64,000 bases of DNA from Octopus bimaculoides (Eukaryota): assembly GCF_001194135.2 (NCBI RefSeq), contig NC_068984.1, positions 6,199,058 to 6,263,057 of the forward strand, in the 5' to 3' direction. The translations under genes and the position numbers were made by a program. Below, piece by piece: positions 61,093 to 64,000 of this stretch. The stretch's first letter is position 1, and every line of letters starts with the position of its first letter. Under the pieces are notes generated by a model. The model saw nothing but the letters and a program-made list of their open reading frames with translations. It searched no databases and was not told the DNA's origin.

Positions 61093-61836
61093 CGTATAAT
61101 ATTTATATATATAATGTATATGTCTAACATGCCTAAATTAGATATATCCATATAAACATGAGTGTGTGTGTGTGTGTGTGTGTATGTAGGAGGGTGAAGA
61201 TATGCATGAAGAAGTTGTTCGTTCTTGTTACAATTACTCAGTGATATAAGTGCACTCGGTGGAAATCAATTGCATATACCGAAGTCTGCAGTACCACCCC
61301 TATGCCTTGCTGCACACACACACATACCCTGTTTCTTAATCTCATATGAATTTTGGCATTAGTGCATCTTGATGTGTTTGCAGAATCAATAAGAAACCTT
61401 ACATTGGAACCTTGTTCTTATCACAATAACAAGGATGTTCATCAACAGCTTTTATTTAGAAGCAATGCAAGATGAAAATCTTGGCTGCACATCATATGGC
61501 ATGGTGTGGCTGGTGGTTTGGAGGAGAAGCTGTTGGAACAATATGTTAGGTGTGACCATGATCGTATTTGTATCTGAAAATGTTGTAATATAAATGTGTA
61601 AACACAAGTTTGTACGTATTTCTGAAGAAGATTTTCAATAGATATTATGGAAGGTGTATTTTAGTTGAAATTTTGATAAATGTGTGTGTGTTTGTGTATG
61701 TGTGTGTGTCAGTCCTCTTCACAGTATGTTAGGCAGCATATTCTATAATAGGCTAGGACCAAACAATGCCTTGTGAATGTATTTGGTAAACACAAATTCT
61801 ATGAAGCCCACAAATACATATATATACAACATATAT

Positions 61837-61896
<60 letters not shown>

Positions 61897-61899
<3 letters not shown>

Positions 61900-62259
61900 T
61901 ATATAAGGAAAAAGGTGAAGACTGAGAAGGCGAATGACAAGGACCTTTTTGTGTGCACAGTCTGTGACAGACCATGTCTGTCCTTGGCTGGCCTCAAATC
62001 TCACCTGCGAACCCATGGAAAACAAACCTCACCCAGCTATTCTGATTATATGTCTGTGCACACGTTTGAATGTGGTGTGTGCCAGAGGGTTTGCAAATCC
62101 AATGGGGGTCTTAAAAGACATGTTAGGATCCACAATGAGCAGAACTTACTTGCAGGTATTGGTAGCGCAAATCAGAGGTGCAATCTGTGTGGGTGTTTTT
62201 TCAAAACACTGTCTGGTTTAAAAAGCCACATCAGACGCCATGAAAGGGCTAAGGTGTAG
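61897..62259 (+). CDS. Open fragment encoding three C2H2 zinc fingers; most likely the 3' end of a 5'-truncated LINE ORF (host ZNF exon not excluded)
   Basis: CTVC-X12-HLRTH, CGVC-X12-HVRIH, CNLC-X12-HIRRH; long non-TGEKP linkers; stop, ~45-nt tail, then (TA)n; begins inside a (CA)n tract. Confidence 0.7.
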
Positions 62260-62332
62260 GTGCAGGAGGTGGTCAAACTCTGTTTAAGGAGTAGACAACC
62301 ACCATATATATATATATATATATATATATACA

Positions 62333-64000
62333 CTAGCAGAAATACCCAGCATTGCCAGGGTTAAAGATAATAATGAGATGAGATTTCATTCAAAAATTTG
62401 ATATAAGAGTTTTTTCATAATAATTATTGTGATTAATGATTCTAACATAACTGGCATAACCAATTATGTGAGATCAACTACAATAATATACAGGAAATAG
62501 AAAATGCATAAAAGCAAGTTCTGATAAAACTTCTTTACATACAACATTATGAGTTTTTCACAGAGGTGTACAAATAAACAGATTTTTTTGAGCTTCCAAC
62601 ACATGAACATCCAACATACAATTGTCCATGAGAGAAGCAAAGCTCCTCTGATTGCAAACCAGTTGCTGATAATGTCTGTCCATGCGATTTGTTGATAGAC
62701 CTTGCAAAACTTAGTCTAACAGGAAACTGTACTATCTTAAATTGTACTGGAAAATGAGTAGGTATTAATGGAATTCTAGCAATGAATACATTATCACATG
62801 CTCCAGAGAGTACAGTAGCTTCTATAATATGTGGCATCATTTTCTTCACAATAAGTCTTACTCCACTACACAATTTTAGAGGATCTAAATTTCTTAGAAG
62901 CATTATAGGTGCTCCAAGTTTCAAGCCAAGCTTATGAGGAGGTAAATCTGATGGTTCCAGTGAGTTTTAAAATTCAACTGGATAATTTACTACTTGTGAT
63001 TGGTCAACAACAGTGTCACTAGATCTATATGATTGGCAATGTCCAAGAAGGCACTTTAAGAGTTCAAAGTTTATTTCATTCACTGTTGTATTTTTCGAGG
63101 CTAGAACTGCCCTTTCACTCAACCATTTGTGATTCTTATGTTGTGTACTGAGATTTGGGAAGACTTTGTTAATAAGTTCTTTCTCTGATTTCCCCACTGT
63201 GCAGATAGGTGATGGGTTTATTGCACCATTTCATTGTCTACAGATACTCTTCTTTTTCTCAGTATTAATAAGTCTTGAGCAAAGATGATAACACTCATGT
63301 TTGAAAATCCAAATATTCTCCAAAATACTCCATTGCTGCTGATGTATCTACTTTGTTGATATCTACTGATATCATCTTGCACATCCTGTCTTTGTAGAGC
63401 ATATATTGCAGCATCAGATCCTTTGTTTTCATATTTGAAGACATATTTAATGGATTACGCTGAGCTGCAAAATTCAACATTGATATGAGCATTAAATATT
63501 TTGAGTAACAATGGGCAATATGGAACAATCCACCTATTGTCAATATGAAGTTGTCCAACTTTTGCTTGGAAACCTCCATCTCCAGGTTTTCTTCTTCTGT
63601 AGGATGGATTAACATCATTTCAAAGTTCAGTATTTTTCAAAAAACTTCTTGGATATTTCTTTGTGCATCTATTGTTGTTCGTGAATTCTTGTTAAAAGCT
63701 CCACATGGGCCATGTATCATTTGAATCTTCACTATTTCATGCAATGCTCTGTCTTTGATGGATCAGGCAGCTCTGCAGATATTAGTTTGTCAATTTGGTT
63801 AGAGTGAAATTTTTCATGCAACCAAATAAGAATGTGTGCATGAGGTACTCCACGTTTCTGCCATTCTATAGTGTATAGATGACATCTGACTGGTCCAAAG
63901 ATATTTCCTTTTGTGATGACATTCATCAGTTTCAACATTGTCCTAGTAGTGAGGTCGTGTTTATTTACATGTGCTTGATGTGGAGGCAATTCATTTTGAA
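62333..64000 (-). mobile_element. Helitron (RepHel) pseudogene with intact 3' terminus and a large internal deletion; continues beyond the window
   Basis: Rep motifs YTIEWQKRGVPHAHILIW, MIHGPCG, DNRWIVPY and SIKYVFKY.NKGSD; PIF1-helicase C-terminus LRNLDP..LC.G.RL, FPVRLSFA.SINKSHGQTL, FSHGQLYV; 3' hairpin (62345-62360) and terminal CTAG (62336-62333) followed by T. Confidence 0.95.

Noticed and set aside
61897-62259. Member of the tandem octopus C2H2-ZNF gene clusters
   Set aside because: It has no TGEKPY linkers, only three widely spaced fingers and retroposon-like flanks. It is kept only as an alternative.

Overview
AT-rich, microsatellite-dense animal genomic DNA with five N gaps (5923-5932, 16170-16179, 18851-18863, 21527-21838, 60556-60862). 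The repeat content (tRNA-derived SINEs, RTE LINE tails ending in (GAT)n) points to an octopod cephalopod; this is an inference, since no search was run. I could not identify a host protein-coding gene with confidence. Most of the supplied ORFs are microsatellite translations or transposon relics. Recognisable mobile elements: many RTE-clade LINE 3' fragments, three tRNA-SINE families, an R4/Dong-like and a CRE-like LINE fragment, a Tigger/pogo transposase relic, a complete internally deleted mariner-like element, three piggyBac-type MITEs, an internally deleted Helitron, and a three-finger C2H2 fragment. The most interesting signal is a Penelope-like (PLE) system. At 41.46-41.96 kb a TSD-flanked insertion shows that a ~110-nt repeat is the 5' end (pLTR) of a Penelope ORF, and its copies begin at a predicted hammerhead cleavage site. 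The same pLTR, plus a minimal type I hammerhead ribozyme, forms the 3' half of a tRNA-headed SINE (19.0-19.8 kb and 45.6-46.2 kb). This suggests a SINE family mobilised by Penelope machinery, with stereotyped head-to-head insertions and a retained 47-nt intron. A textbook recursive-splice motif at 55.85 kb is also notable.
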